Source: Candidatus Methanomethylicia archaeon (GTDB taxonomy: Archaea; Thermoproteota; Methanomethylicia; Culexarchaeales; Culexarchaeaceae). Taken from it: a stretch of DNA of 64,000 bases. Position 1 is the first letter of the stretch; every line of letters begins with the position of its first letter. Shown one piece after another: positions 30,898-41,079 of this stretch. The notes beneath the pieces were generated by a model, which was given only the letters and a program-made list of their open reading frames with translations, made no database searches and was not told the origin of the DNA. Position numbers and translations under genes: made by a program. The stretch spans positions 320,001 to 384,000 of the forward strand of contig JAVYVS010000001.1 in NCBI GenBank assembly GCA_038727515.1, read 5' to 3'.

Positions 30898-31707
30898 TCA
30901 CCTACCCCCCAACTTCTTCTTTAAATAACCATAATTTGCCACAATAGTCAATATAACACCCAAAGAAACTGTTAGAGATGCAGCATCCATAAAAGCTGTG
31001 GCTTCACCCTTAATACCCATGAGCTGTTCATATTCAGCAGCACCCCTACTACCCCTAATAAGAGAATACAATTGACCAGTATTTATATAGGGCATAACCT
31101 GTGGAACAATATCTGAGGATAAAACGCCAATAATGGTTTCAACTTTTCCGGAAAACTGCCTCATCCATGGATCCACCCAAGTTAGACAAGCGAAAATGTA
31201 CATCTTAAAATCACTAATCGTATTAAAAGCATTCATTATGGGCATATTAACAGTGGGATTACCGTAGTAATCTCTTTCAAACATTTTAGGATTAGATACA
31301 AAAGCAGCCATACCAGTTTCAAAACCTGGAATATAACCTAAAACAACGTAATCAGTACCATAAACAGCACCCTTCAAATCAATTTCTCCAAGAATTCTAT
31401 GAGCAATAGCAGGACCATTGGGATCGAAAGCTATCATAACAATTCTAGCGCGTTTAATGAATAAATGCTGCATAATATCCCTCATAGCTATTCCAAGCTC
31501 AACCCATTCACCTGGAGTAAAATCAAAACTTATCAAGACGAGATCGCCAGGTTTCAAGGATTCAATTGCATAATAAGTCTTATTGGTTAAATAGAATTGT
31601 GGCAATGGTATACCTATAGGTCTAAAAGCTGGTAGAAATGTTAAGAATAATACCACAAGGAAAATTATCTGCCTATCATATTTAGACATAAAGGTGTGCC
31701 AATCCAT
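30898..31707 (-). CDS. Four-gene membrane system copy 2, subunit C
   Basis: YGTDYVVLGY, RGAAEYE; start moved to ATG 31707 after GGGGTGA SD. Confidence 0.85.
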   Translation of the reverse strand: MDWHTFMSKYDRQIIFLVVLFLTFLPAFRPIGIPLPQFYLTNKTYYAIESLKPGDLVLISFDFTPGEWVELGIAMRDIMQHLFIKRARIVMIAFDPNGPAIAHRILGEIDLKGAVYGTDYVVLGYIPGFETGMAAFVSNPKMFERDYYGNPTVNMPIMNAFNTISDFKMYIFACLTWVDPWMRQFSGKVETIIGVLSSDIVPQVMPYINTGQLYSLIRGSRGAAEYEQLMGIKGEATAFMDAASLTVSLGVILTIVANYGYLKKKLGGR

Positions 31708-31711
31708 CCCA

Positions 31712-32326
31712 TCACCCCGTATACGCCCGTTCATAACCCAATAAAACACGAATAGCAATTGCAATAGTCCCCAATGCAACCCCAATTATAACACCTCTAC
31801 TAGCACCCATATTTGGAACGTCAAGTATCCAATTAGCCACAGTTATAGTCTGTGGTATAACAACTTCAAATACTGGTGCATACATCATCATTAAGAATAC
31901 AGCTGCAAATGCAAAGAATGCAGCATCAAGATTCCTAATTCTAAATGCTCGGTATATAGCGGTATAATTGTAGAAGGCTGTAAAACATATTATTGCAATA
32001 GAAAGTGGTGTGTAAATTTCATTATACAAATAATCTGCAAAAGACGGTGCTAGATAATATGATAGAAATAACATTAACATTGCAATGAAGAAAATTATGC
32101 TTACAAAATATCCCTTACGCCTTTGCATGATAATCTTACCATGATACATACATAATGCTATGAGACCTGTACCCAGAGCAAAGGTAGACATTATTAGAAC
32201 CCAATTGGAAAGCTCAGTATTTGCTTCAGCTAGGAATGGTATCTTCAAGTAGTATTGTAGTAGAGAAATGAAAAATGTTACTGCAAATATGATTAATGGG
32301 ATTTCTCTACGTCTAACCCAACTCAA
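31712..32326 (-). CDS. Four-gene membrane system copy 2, subunit B
   Basis: YRAFRIRNLDAA, SRGVIIGVALG. Confidence 0.85.
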   Translation of the reverse strand: MSWVRRREIPLIIFAVTFFISLLQYYLKIPFLAEANTELSNWVLIMSTFALGTGLIALCMYHGKIIMQRRKGYFVSIIFFIAMLMLFLSYYLAPSFADYLYNEIYTPLSIAIICFTAFYNYTAIYRAFRIRNLDAAFFAFAAVFLMMMYAPVFEVVIPQTITVANWILDVPNMGASRGVIIGVALGTIAIAIRVLLGYERAYTG

Positions 32327-32339
32327 CGATTACACCCCC

Positions 32340-33098
32340 TTATATCCTAAAAATCTTTGAAAGATCAAATCCCAATCCACCAAGTATGAAAGCTAAAATT
32401 GAAAGTACAATAACTATGGCTCTAACTATATCTGAAGCTATGACACTACCAAGTTGTGGAAGATCTTTTGAAACATATGCACCAGCAACAAGAAGTTCTT
32501 CAGCAATTAAACCATAATCACACAATGAAACAACATATGGTACTTGATACAGCCTTCCGGTTCCACCAACCTGTATTGCACCAGCTCTCGCACCAGCTTC
32601 AGCCAAAATGATAGTCTCCCAATATAAAGCACCTAAAAGGAAGTTTGCAGCAGGCTTCTCACGCTCATAAATACCCATAACAGTAGCCATCAAAGCCGTT
32701 TGAGTGGGAATATACAAAATCTGCTCAGGTTTATAATTCTCTCTAAAAGCAGCTTTAAACATATCTTCAGCTATGGGAACTATAGCTGGAACTGCCGCTA
32801 GATACGTTAATGAAGCTTTATATTCCGCAGCCTTTCTAGCAACATAATTCAATAATGACAAACCAGCCAGTGTTTGAGGCATAACATCACCACTCAAACC
32901 ACCAACACCAGTAGAATAGAATATTGGCCTACCAGTTTCCACAGCTCTACCAATAGCCTCATCAATTGCATCAAGACCTGGAATACGCCTAATCTTTGGA
33001 GGCTTACCACGCTTAACAGTATACCTCATAAAGAAGATGTATAAAGCAAAAGAGGTAATCAATAGAGCAAAACTAAAATATAGTCCCTCTTTAATCAT
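32340..33098 (-). CDS. Four-gene membrane system copy 2, subunit A (DUF6754-like)
   Basis: IRRIPGLDAIDEAIGRAVETGRP, CDYGLIAEELLVAGAYVSKD. Confidence 0.8.
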   Translation of the reverse strand: MIKEGLYFSFALLITSFALYIFFMRYTVKRGKPPKIRRIPGLDAIDEAIGRAVETGRPIFYSTGVGGLSGDVMPQTLAGLSLLNYVARKAAEYKASLTYLAAVPAIVPIAEDMFKAAFRENYKPEQILYIPTQTALMATVMGIYEREKPAANFLLGALYWETIILAEAGARAGAIQVGGTGRLYQVPYVVSLCDYGLIAEELLVAGAYVSKDLPQLGSVIASDIVRAIVIVLSILAFILGGLGFDLSKIFRI

Positions 33099-33232
33099 AT
33101 TATCAACCCTTTAGAAAACCTCATAACAATTTCTAGATAAAATAGTATTTAAAAATTATGATACAATTTTTGTTGCTATAAATGAAAAATGTTTTAAATA
33201 TAATCATAGATATTGGTATATAGTGTTAAATC

Positions 33233-34915
33233 ATGACAAAATTTAAAATAGCAATAGTTAATGGTAGGATAGTCGATGGTACGGGAAATCCATGGTATAA
33301 GGCAAATATAGGTATAGATGATGGGAAAATAACTTTGATAACCAAATCAAAGATAAGTGGAGAATTATTGATAGATGCCAATAATTGTATAGTTTCCCCC
33401 GGATTCATAGACATACATTCACATTCAGATATGGGATTTAGAAATCTGATATATAATAAAGCTATGAATAGGGTTATGCAAGGAATAACTACAGAAGCTG
33501 TTGGAAATTGTGGATTTTCAGCATATGGATGGACGAGGGAGTATGCGGAAAAATATCAAGAGAGATTAAAGAAGTTTGGAGTTGAGTATGTAATTGATTG
33601 GACTAGATTAAGTGAATGGAAGAAGAAGGTGGAGGAGAGGGGATATGCAATAAACATTGCACCATTCGTTGGTTTTGGAACAATAAGAACAAGTGTACTT
33701 GGGGAAGAAGGTGAAGGAGGAGAAAGATCTGAAGTAAGTTGTGAAGAATTAAATAGTATGAAGAAGCTGCTTAGAGAAGCTATGGATGATGGAGCTTTCG
33801 GATTAACTGCAGGTTTAGAATATAGTGTACAGAGAAATGCTTACACTGAGGAATTAATAGAAATGTGTAAAGTGGTTGCAGAATACAATGGTTTATTCAT
33901 GGCTCACATAAGATCGGAAGAAGAAATGCTAATAGAAGCTGTAAAGGAATTCATAAGGATATGTGAAGAATCAGGGATCTCTGGATCCATATCACATCAT
34001 AAAGCATGCCACCCCAATAGTTGGGGGAAACCATTCGAAACTGTAAGATTAATAAGAGAAGCTAGAAGGAGGGGTGTAGACGTCATATGTGATCAATATC
34101 CATGGCTTAAAGTTGCAATAAGAAACGTAGGGGAATTCTTCAGAATTGAAGGAGAAGAAGAATTATCATTGGATGAAAGGGAAAAGATAATTGAATATAT
34201 GAAGGATGAAGAAAAATGGAAAAAGGTTAAGGAGGAAGCTATAAAGAAGGATGAAATGGAGAAAGAGTATATAGAAAAGAAGAAGAAGGAATTCGTTAAA
34301 AGAGGTATGCCATTTAGAATGCCTTGGAGCCCAATCACATACTTTGTAGTAGCATACTCAAAAACACACCCAGAATTCGTAAACAAAAACTTCACAGAAA
34401 TAGCGAAAATAATGGGTTTAGAAGATCCATGGGAAGCCATGAGAAAACTATACATAATGGATAATGGAGAAACCACAGCAGCTGAAGGATACATGAGGGA
34501 AGAAGACGTAATAGAAATAATGAAACAACCATTCACAACAATATCAACAGATGGATCAGCCGAAGATGAACCAAAATCATTACACCCGAGAAGCTATGGA
34601 ACATATCCACAATTCCTAGGATACTATGTTAGAGAGAAAAAGATTGTAGAATTAGAGGAAGCCATTAGAAAAATAACATCATTACCAGCAAGATTTCTAA
34701 ACCTAAAGGATAGAGGATTAATAAGAGAAGGCTACTGGGCAGACATAGTAATATTCGATGAAAACGAAATAGAAAACTTAGCAACATATGAAAAACCATG
34801 CACATATCCAAAAGGAATAAAATACGTCATTGTAAATGGAGAAATAGTAATGGAAAACGGTAAACACACAGGAAAACTACCAGGAAAAGTATTAAAATAT
34901 AACACCAAAACATAA
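33233..34915 (+). CDS. N-acyl-D-amino-acid deacylase (D-aminoacylase) family amidohydrolase
   Basis: PGFIDIHSHSD, GNCG, AHIR, SHHK, STDG, HPRSYGTYP. Confidence 0.9.
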   Translation: MTKFKIAIVNGRIVDGTGNPWYKANIGIDDGKITLITKSKISGELLIDANNCIVSPGFIDIHSHSDMGFRNLIYNKAMNRVMQGITTEAVGNCGFSAYGWTREYAEKYQERLKKFGVEYVIDWTRLSEWKKKVEERGYAINIAPFVGFGTIRTSVLGEEGEGGERSEVSCEELNSMKKLLREAMDDGAFGLTAGLEYSVQRNAYTEELIEMCKVVAEYNGLFMAHIRSEEEMLIEAVKEFIRICEESGISGSISHHKACHPNSWGKPFETVRLIREARRRGVDVICDQYPWLKVAIRNVGEFFRIEGEEELSLDEREKIIEYMKDEEKWKKVKEEAIKKDEMEKEYIEKKKKEFVKRGMPFRMPWSPITYFVVAYSKTHPEFVNKNFTEIAKIMGLEDPWEAMRKLYIMDNGETTAAEGYMREEDVIEIMKQPFTTISTDGSAEDEPKSLHPRSYGTYPQFLGYYVREKKIVELEEAIRKITSLPARFLNLKDRGLIREGYWADIVIFDENEIENLATYEKPCTYPKGIKYVIVNGEIVMENGKHTGKLPGKVLKYNTKT

Positions 34916-35219
34916 AACCACTAAAAATAAAATATGTAAATTTGTAGAAAATTTATGGATTAATTGTGATTTGTAAAATGGAAGAACCAGCTTTTTGAGC
35001 TAATCCGTGAAAATTGATGTGGAGATTATGATTATCCAGAATTTAAAGAAATCAAACAGTTTTATAAATAATTTTTCGCAGAATAATTTCACACTTTACA
35101 ATATAATGAACATTTTCAACCATTTTAACGTAAATATTCATAGTGTTTACTGCGTTTTACATACACCAAAACTAAATCGTGATAGATAATTATTTTATAC
35201 CAAAACAACAAAATGTAAT

Positions 35220-36659
35220 GTGGCGATATATGTGGAAAAAGAAAAGGAGTATGCATTAAATTGGATAGAGAGTAATAGGGATAGGATAATATTGTTAAGT
35301 GATACTGTGTGGGAATATGCGGAATTAGGTTTGAAAGAATTTAAGTCTTCTAAGCTTCTTGCTGATGAACTTGAGAAGCATGGGTTTAAGGTTGAAATGG
35401 ATATTGCAGGTATGCCCACAGCCTTTGTAGCTACATGGGGATCTGGTCAACCTGTTATTGGCGTTATGGGTGAATATGATGCTTTGCCTAATCTTTCACA
35501 GAAGAAGGTTTCATGGAAAGAACCAATAGTTGAAGGGGGACCGGGACATGGATGTGGACATAATATTCATGGTGTTAGTGGGCTTGCAGCTGCAATAGCT
35601 GTTAGGTATGCCATGGAAAGATTTGGTATTAAAGGGACTATTAGGTTTTACGGTTGCCCAGCTGAAGAGAACTTTAGTGGAAAAGTGTTTATGGTTAGAG
35701 ATGGTTATTTTAACAATGTAGATGCTGTTATAAGTCATCATCCAAGTACAATGAATGGAGCAACTCTAATGAGCAGTTTAGCGAACAATTCAGTGAAATT
35801 CCACTTTTATGGTAAATCTTCACATGCTGGAAGTAATCCAGAAGCTGGTAGGAGTGCTTTGGATGCTGTTGAGCTTATGAATGTTGGTGTTAATTATATG
35901 AGGGAGCATGTTATACAGGATGCTAGAATCCACTATATTATTGAGAGAGGTGGAGGCCAACCAAACATTGTCCCTGACTATGCTAGAAGCTGGTATCTAA
36001 TAAGAGCTCCGGAAAGAGAACAAGTTGATCAAATTTATAATTGGATTTTGGATATAGCTAAAGGAGCAGCATTAATGACACAAACACAATACAAAGTAGA
36101 ATTCATAAAGGGGGTATACAATAAAATACCAAATAAAGTGATAGCTGAATTAATAGTTAAGAACATGAGGGAAATAGGTTTACCAAAGTATAGTGAGGAA
36201 GATTTAAAGTTTGCACAGGAAATAGCTAAAACAATACCATTAGAGGCAAAGATAAACCAATTGAGAAATTCGAAAAGACCTGGGTGGGAGAAGCTTATTG
36301 ATAAATTGATTGATGATGAGATTCCAGACCCTTGGGGTGAAGGTGAAGTAAGCCATGGCTCTACAGATGTATCAGACGTAAGTTGGCAAGCACCCACTGT
36401 AGAGTTTAGTACTGCAGCATGGGTTTTGGGGACTCCTGGGCATTCATGGCAGAATGTTGCTCAAAGTGCAGTTGGTTTAGGACATAAATCATTAATATTT
36501 GCAGCAAAAACCATGGCAGCAACAATAATAGACTTAATGATGAAAAATGAAATCTTAGAAAAAGCGAAAAAGGAGCATAAAGATAGACTTAAAGGAAGAA
36601 TATACAAATCTCCACTACCGCCAGATCATAAACCACCATTAGATGCATGGGAGAAATAA
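35220..36659 (+). CDS. M20-family amidohydrolase (AbgB/p-aminobenzoyl-glutamate hydrolase-like), paralogue 1
   Basis: GEYDAL, GHGCGHN, GCPAEE, GRSALDAVELM, GSTDVSDVSW, PGHSWQ. Confidence 0.9.
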   Translation: MAIYVEKEKEYALNWIESNRDRIILLSDTVWEYAELGLKEFKSSKLLADELEKHGFKVEMDIAGMPTAFVATWGSGQPVIGVMGEYDALPNLSQKKVSWKEPIVEGGPGHGCGHNIHGVSGLAAAIAVRYAMERFGIKGTIRFYGCPAEENFSGKVFMVRDGYFNNVDAVISHHPSTMNGATLMSSLANNSVKFHFYGKSSHAGSNPEAGRSALDAVELMNVGVNYMREHVIQDARIHYIIERGGGQPNIVPDYARSWYLIRAPEREQVDQIYNWILDIAKGAALMTQTQYKVEFIKGVYNKIPNKVIAELIVKNMREIGLPKYSEEDLKFAQEIAKTIPLEAKINQLRNSKRPGWEKLIDKLIDDEIPDPWGEGEVSHGSTDVSDVSWQAPTVEFSTAAWVLGTPGHSWQNVAQSAVGLGHKSLIFAAKTMAATIIDLMMKNEILEKAKKEHKDRLKGRIYKSPLPPDHKPPLDAWEK

Positions 36660-36819
36660 TAGAAACTCAACCATAACAATTAAAATTATAAATTTTTATA
36701 AACTCACTAAATCATCATCTTTACTATTCCAAAATTTTATAGTCATCCACTTTACATATAATCAACGATCCAATCAAAATAAATTGTTAAAATTATGTTA
36801 ATAATTGGAGTTTACTAGC

Positions 36820-38055
36820 TTATGGTAGTCTATTTACTTCAATTTTACCTTCTTTCATGACTAATTTTATGTTTTCGATATTTCTTAAGATTCTTATATC
36901 TTCAAGTGGATTACCCTTTACTACAATTATATCTGCTAATTTTCCGGTTTCTATTGTTCCAATTTTATTTAATAAACCACATGCTTCAGCTGAAATTTTT
37001 GTGGCTGAAACTATTGCATCCATAGGTTTAAATCCGATTTTATCAACTAATAATTCTAGTTCCATAGCATTTGTTCCAAGTTTCCATAATTCTGGTCCAC
37101 CGAAATCTGTTCCTACAGCTATTTTAACTCCAGCTTCATAAGCCATTTTCACACTCTTTATGTGGCTTTCAAAAGCTTCTGCTGCCTTCATTAAACCCCA
37201 CTCCACAATTCCAACTTCTTTTCCACGTGTAACTATTTGGTGAACAATGGATAGTGTTGGTACTAATATAACATCTCTTTCCTTCATCATTCTGATAGCT
37301 TCTTCATCAAGGTATATTCCATGATCAATTGTTTTTACACCAGCAGATATAGCAATTTTTATTCCTTGAGTTCCCTGAGCATGAGCAGTCACAAAAGTTC
37401 CAACTTTTTGCGCTTCATCAACAATTGCTTTAATTTCTTCATATGAGAATTGAGTGTGTTCTGGTCTATCACGCATGGACATAACGCCTCCAGTGGCACA
37501 GATCTTAATGAAATCTGCACCTTCTCTTAAAGCGTATCTAGCAGCTCTACGGCAATCGTCTACACCATCACATATCGTTGGAATCTTTTCTTTAACCCAA
37601 TTTATCGGTAGGAAGTGTACATCCCCATGACCAAAAGTTTGACTTAGAACATAACCTGAAGCAATCACCCTAGGACCTCTAATACTACCCTCATTAATAG
37701 CAAATTTTAGGTATAATCCATTAGTTCCACCACAATCTTTAACTGTTGTAAAACCAGCATCCAGTAGAGCTGAAGCATCACTTACACATCTCAAAAGTTT
37801 AACTTGATCTGGAATTGTAAAATTCTCCTCTAACTTATGGGTTCTAGTACCCATGAAATGCATATGTGCATCTATAAGTCCAGGCATAATTGTTAAACCA
37901 TTTAAATCAATAATTTTAGCATCACTGGGAATTTTAACTTCACCACTAACACCAACAGCCTTAATTATACCACCATCAATAACCACAATAGCTTTATCTA
38001 ATGGAGGGCTACCAGTACCATCAATTAAAAATCCATTCACTAAAGCCAAAATCAT
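36820..38055 (-). CDS. Amidohydrolase_1 metal-dependent hydrolase (Xaa-Pro dipeptidase-like)
   Basis: PGLIDAHMH, GHGD, IKICATGGV, AHA, IDHG, VGTD. Confidence 0.9.
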   Translation of the reverse strand: MILALVNGFLIDGTGSPPLDKAIVVIDGGIIKAVGVSGEVKIPSDAKIIDLNGLTIMPGLIDAHMHFMGTRTHKLEENFTIPDQVKLLRCVSDASALLDAGFTTVKDCGGTNGLYLKFAINEGSIRGPRVIASGYVLSQTFGHGDVHFLPINWVKEKIPTICDGVDDCRRAARYALREGADFIKICATGGVMSMRDRPEHTQFSYEEIKAIVDEAQKVGTFVTAHAQGTQGIKIAISAGVKTIDHGIYLDEEAIRMMKERDVILVPTLSIVHQIVTRGKEVGIVEWGLMKAAEAFESHIKSVKMAYEAGVKIAVGTDFGGPELWKLGTNAMELELLVDKIGFKPMDAIVSATKISAEACGLLNKIGTIETGKLADIIVVKGNPLEDIRILRNIENIKLVMKEGKIEVNRLP

Positions 38056-38152
38056 AGATAAATCACCATATGAACATTATGTTTATAAGTGGTAAATAAA
38101 GACAATGAAACACAAAAGTTAACATCATTTTAAAATAATATTTGAAATGAGT

Positions 38153-39694
38153 TTATTCTAATCCTATGGGTAAACCATCTCCACGGATATCTGTATATCC
38201 AATTTTCAATTTATCACGAACTTCAACTATTGATGCAACACCAATTCTAGATGGGTAATCAATTATTCTATATTTAAACCCTTTAAGTTCACCACTAATA
38301 TATCCCTTTTCACATTCAACATTAATTCCTCCGGGTTCCCATCTAAATCTTGGAGTTTCAAGAGCTAATTGTGGATGTAAACCATAATCTAAGATGCAAT
38401 TTATTATTTGAGCATGTAATAGTGGTCTTAAATGTCCTCCTGAAAGGCCCATGGCCATCCATCTAGATCCATAATTGATTAAAGTTGCTGATAATGTATG
38501 TAAAGGTTTCTTCATAGGTTCAAGTTTATTGACGTGGTTATCAGTTAATGTAAAGGATGATCCACGGGAGTTTAATGTGATATTGTATGTGGGTTCAGTA
38601 ATATATGAACCAAAATTATGGAATATGCTTTGAATACATGAAACTATATAATCTTTATCATCAGCTATAGCGAAATAAGTAGTATCGCTTTGAGAAGGAA
38701 GGGTATAACCCCTATCATTAATGTCTTGCTTCCTTAGATTTTCTAGAAATTCCTCAGATAACAATTTATCTACACTAACAGACATAAATCTAGGGTCACT
38801 TACATAATGATCTCTAACTTTATAGGCTTTTACAGATGCCTCAAGAATACATTGAACCCTATCCATGGATAACAATGGAATACTGCTAAACATTACATTT
38901 TCAATAAGCTTAAGGATGTGTAATGTAGTTATACCTTGAGAATTTGGAGGCATCTCATATATACTCCAACCTTTATAATCAATCTTTATTGGTTGTTGAA
39001 ATTCACTATGATAATACTTTAAATCATCTAACTCCATTACACCACCAAGAGATTTAATATAATCAACAATTTTTACTGCAATATCCCCTTCATAGAAGTT
39101 TCTCGCATCTTCAGCAATCAATCTTAAAGCTTGAGCCAAACCTTTAAAAGATAGTATATCACCTTCATTTGGAAAACCAGCATCTAAACAATAAGTAGTT
39201 CTAGAACCAATATCCTTAATTAATTCTCCACCAAAATTACGTAAAGCTCTACAAAAACTCCTATGTGCAGGAAACCCTTCTTCTGCAAGTTTAATTGATG
39301 GCGCTAATAAATCACTCCACTCCATTGATCCAAAAGCTCTCCATAAACCATATAATCCATCAACCATTCCAGGTATAGTTATAGAATATACACTATGAAT
39401 TGGCATTGAAGTAAACCCTAAATTACGCATATAATCCACAGTTAAATTCTTAGGGGAATATCCACTACCATTGATAACATGAACATTACCATTTGGATCA
39501 CGTATGATAGCAAAGAAATCCCCTCCTAAACCAGATAAATGTGGTAAAACAACTCCAAGGGTAAAACCCACTGCTACAGTAGCATCAATAGCATTACCAC
39601 CAGATCTAAGAATATTTGCACCAATACTTGAAGCCAATGGACTTTCAGAAGCTACAACACCATGAACAGAATAAAATGGTGCACATAAATACAT
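38153..39694 (-). CDS. ggt: Gamma-glutamyltransferase family (Ntn hydrolase)
   Basis: GGNAIDA, GLGGD, PPNSQG, DTT autocleavage Thr, KKPLHTL. Confidence 0.9.
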   Translation of the reverse strand: MYLCAPFYSVHGVVASESPLASSIGANILRSGGNAIDATVAVGFTLGVVLPHLSGLGGDFFAIIRDPNGNVHVINGSGYSPKNLTVDYMRNLGFTSMPIHSVYSITIPGMVDGLYGLWRAFGSMEWSDLLAPSIKLAEEGFPAHRSFCRALRNFGGELIKDIGSRTTYCLDAGFPNEGDILSFKGLAQALRLIAEDARNFYEGDIAVKIVDYIKSLGGVMELDDLKYYHSEFQQPIKIDYKGWSIYEMPPNSQGITTLHILKLIENVMFSSIPLLSMDRVQCILEASVKAYKVRDHYVSDPRFMSVSVDKLLSEEFLENLRKQDINDRGYTLPSQSDTTYFAIADDKDYIVSCIQSIFHNFGSYITEPTYNITLNSRGSSFTLTDNHVNKLEPMKKPLHTLSATLINYGSRWMAMGLSGGHLRPLLHAQIINCILDYGLHPQLALETPRFRWEPGGINVECEKGYISGELKGFKYRIIDYPSRIGVASIVEVRDKLKIGYTDIRGDGLPIGLE

Positions 39695-39819
39695 GGAAGA
39701 ATATATGTAAAATTTATGTTTTAAACATTACCATGAAATATCTAAATCACCAAAATAAAAGTATCAATCACCATTTAAATGGGAAATCATATATCTACTG
39801 AAAACAAATTGAATATAAT

Positions 39820-40323
39820 ATGAAAATTGCAATAGTCTATTACAGTAAAACTGGTACCACGAGAAGTATTGTAAATAGGATATGGAAAGAATTGGAAAAA
39901 GAAAATGTGAATGTTAGAGTATTTGAATTAAAACATGAAAATGAATATGCAAATACACTACTACATTTAAATCCAAGACTAATATATGAAACACTATCAG
40001 ATAAAACTATTAAGATAGTGGGAGATGAAGAATTCCATGAAGATGAATTCAACCTTATAATAATAGGTTCACCAATATGGTATGGTAGGGAAACACCAAT
40101 CATACGAAGATTCATAAAGAAATATGCAAATAAAATAAAGACACCAATAATACTCTTAACAACATCAAAACTGGACATAGACTACTCAAAAAACTTAAAG
40201 ATGAAGCTTGAAGCTATGGGGTATAACGTTATATCAAATATATCCATAACAACTAAAAATGTGAATTCTTCAATAAGTAAACTTATTGAAGAATTGAAAA
40301 ACATTTTAAGTAAAATTAGTTAA
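39820..40323 (+). CDS. Flavodoxin-like protein
   Basis: VYYSKTGTT, IIGSPIWYG. Confidence 0.8.
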   Translation: MKIAIVYYSKTGTTRSIVNRIWKELEKENVNVRVFELKHENEYANTLLHLNPRLIYETLSDKTIKIVGDEEFHEDEFNLIIIGSPIWYGRETPIIRRFIKKYANKIKTPIILLTTSKLDIDYSKNLKMKLEAMGYNVISNISITTKNVNSSISKLIEELKNILSKIS

Positions 40324-40342
40324 TTAAGGTACAGTGAGATAA

Positions 40343-41074
40343 ATGTACTGGATATTAGAGGAATTAACTTGGGAAGAAGCTAAAGAAGCCATAAAAACAG
40401 CTGATTACATAATCCTACCAACTGGAAGTTTAGAGCAGCATGGATTACACCTACCATTAAATGTTGATAATATAAGAGCAGATAACTTAACGAATGAAAT
40501 ACTAAAGAGAGCAGATAAATACAATTTAAAACTAATAAAACTTCCAACATTAACATATGGATGTTCAGAGCATCACATGTATTTCCCTGGAACAGTAACA
40601 CTTGAATTAGATACTTACATTAAAGTTGTTAGAGATATTGCATATAGCATGTATAGACATGGAGCCAAAAGATTTCTAATACTTAATTATCATGGTGGAA
40701 ATATTCAACCATTAAATATTGCGATACAAATCATAAGAAAAGAAACTGGTATGAAAACGTATTTAATACATTGGACTCAGTACGCTAGAGATCTAATTGA
40801 TAAATGGGCTAAACCAGGATGGGGACATGCATGTGAACATGAGACAAGTATGATAATGTACTATAGACCAGAATTGGTTAGGAAAAATAAGATTGTAAAG
40901 CCAAAGATAAAAATGACTACACCAATAAGTGAATTCAGATATTTCCATGAAATAACAGATACTGGAGGTATAGGTGATCCAACAATAGCAAAACCAGAAT
41001 ATGCTGAAATGATAATTGGAGAAGTAAGTGAAAGAATACTAAAAATATTAAGTGAAACATTAAAAACTGAATAA
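40343..41074 (+). CDS. Creatininase-family amidohydrolase
   Basis: GSLEQHGLHLP..D, SEHH..FPGT, HGGN, HACEHET. Confidence 0.9.
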   Translation: MYWILEELTWEEAKEAIKTADYIILPTGSLEQHGLHLPLNVDNIRADNLTNEILKRADKYNLKLIKLPTLTYGCSEHHMYFPGTVTLELDTYIKVVRDIAYSMYRHGAKRFLILNYHGGNIQPLNIAIQIIRKETGMKTYLIHWTQYARDLIDKWAKPGWGHACEHETSMIMYYRPELVRKNKIVKPKIKMTTPISEFRYFHEITDTGGIGDPTIAKPEYAEMIIGEVSERILKILSETLKTE

Positions 41075-41079
41075 AATTT

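Noticed and set aside
35007-35189. 60-aa ORF in the gap between the D-aminoacylase and M20 genes as a peptide precursor
   Set aside because: Asn/Ile-rich low-complexity translation, no clear SD; more likely promoter/terminator DNA
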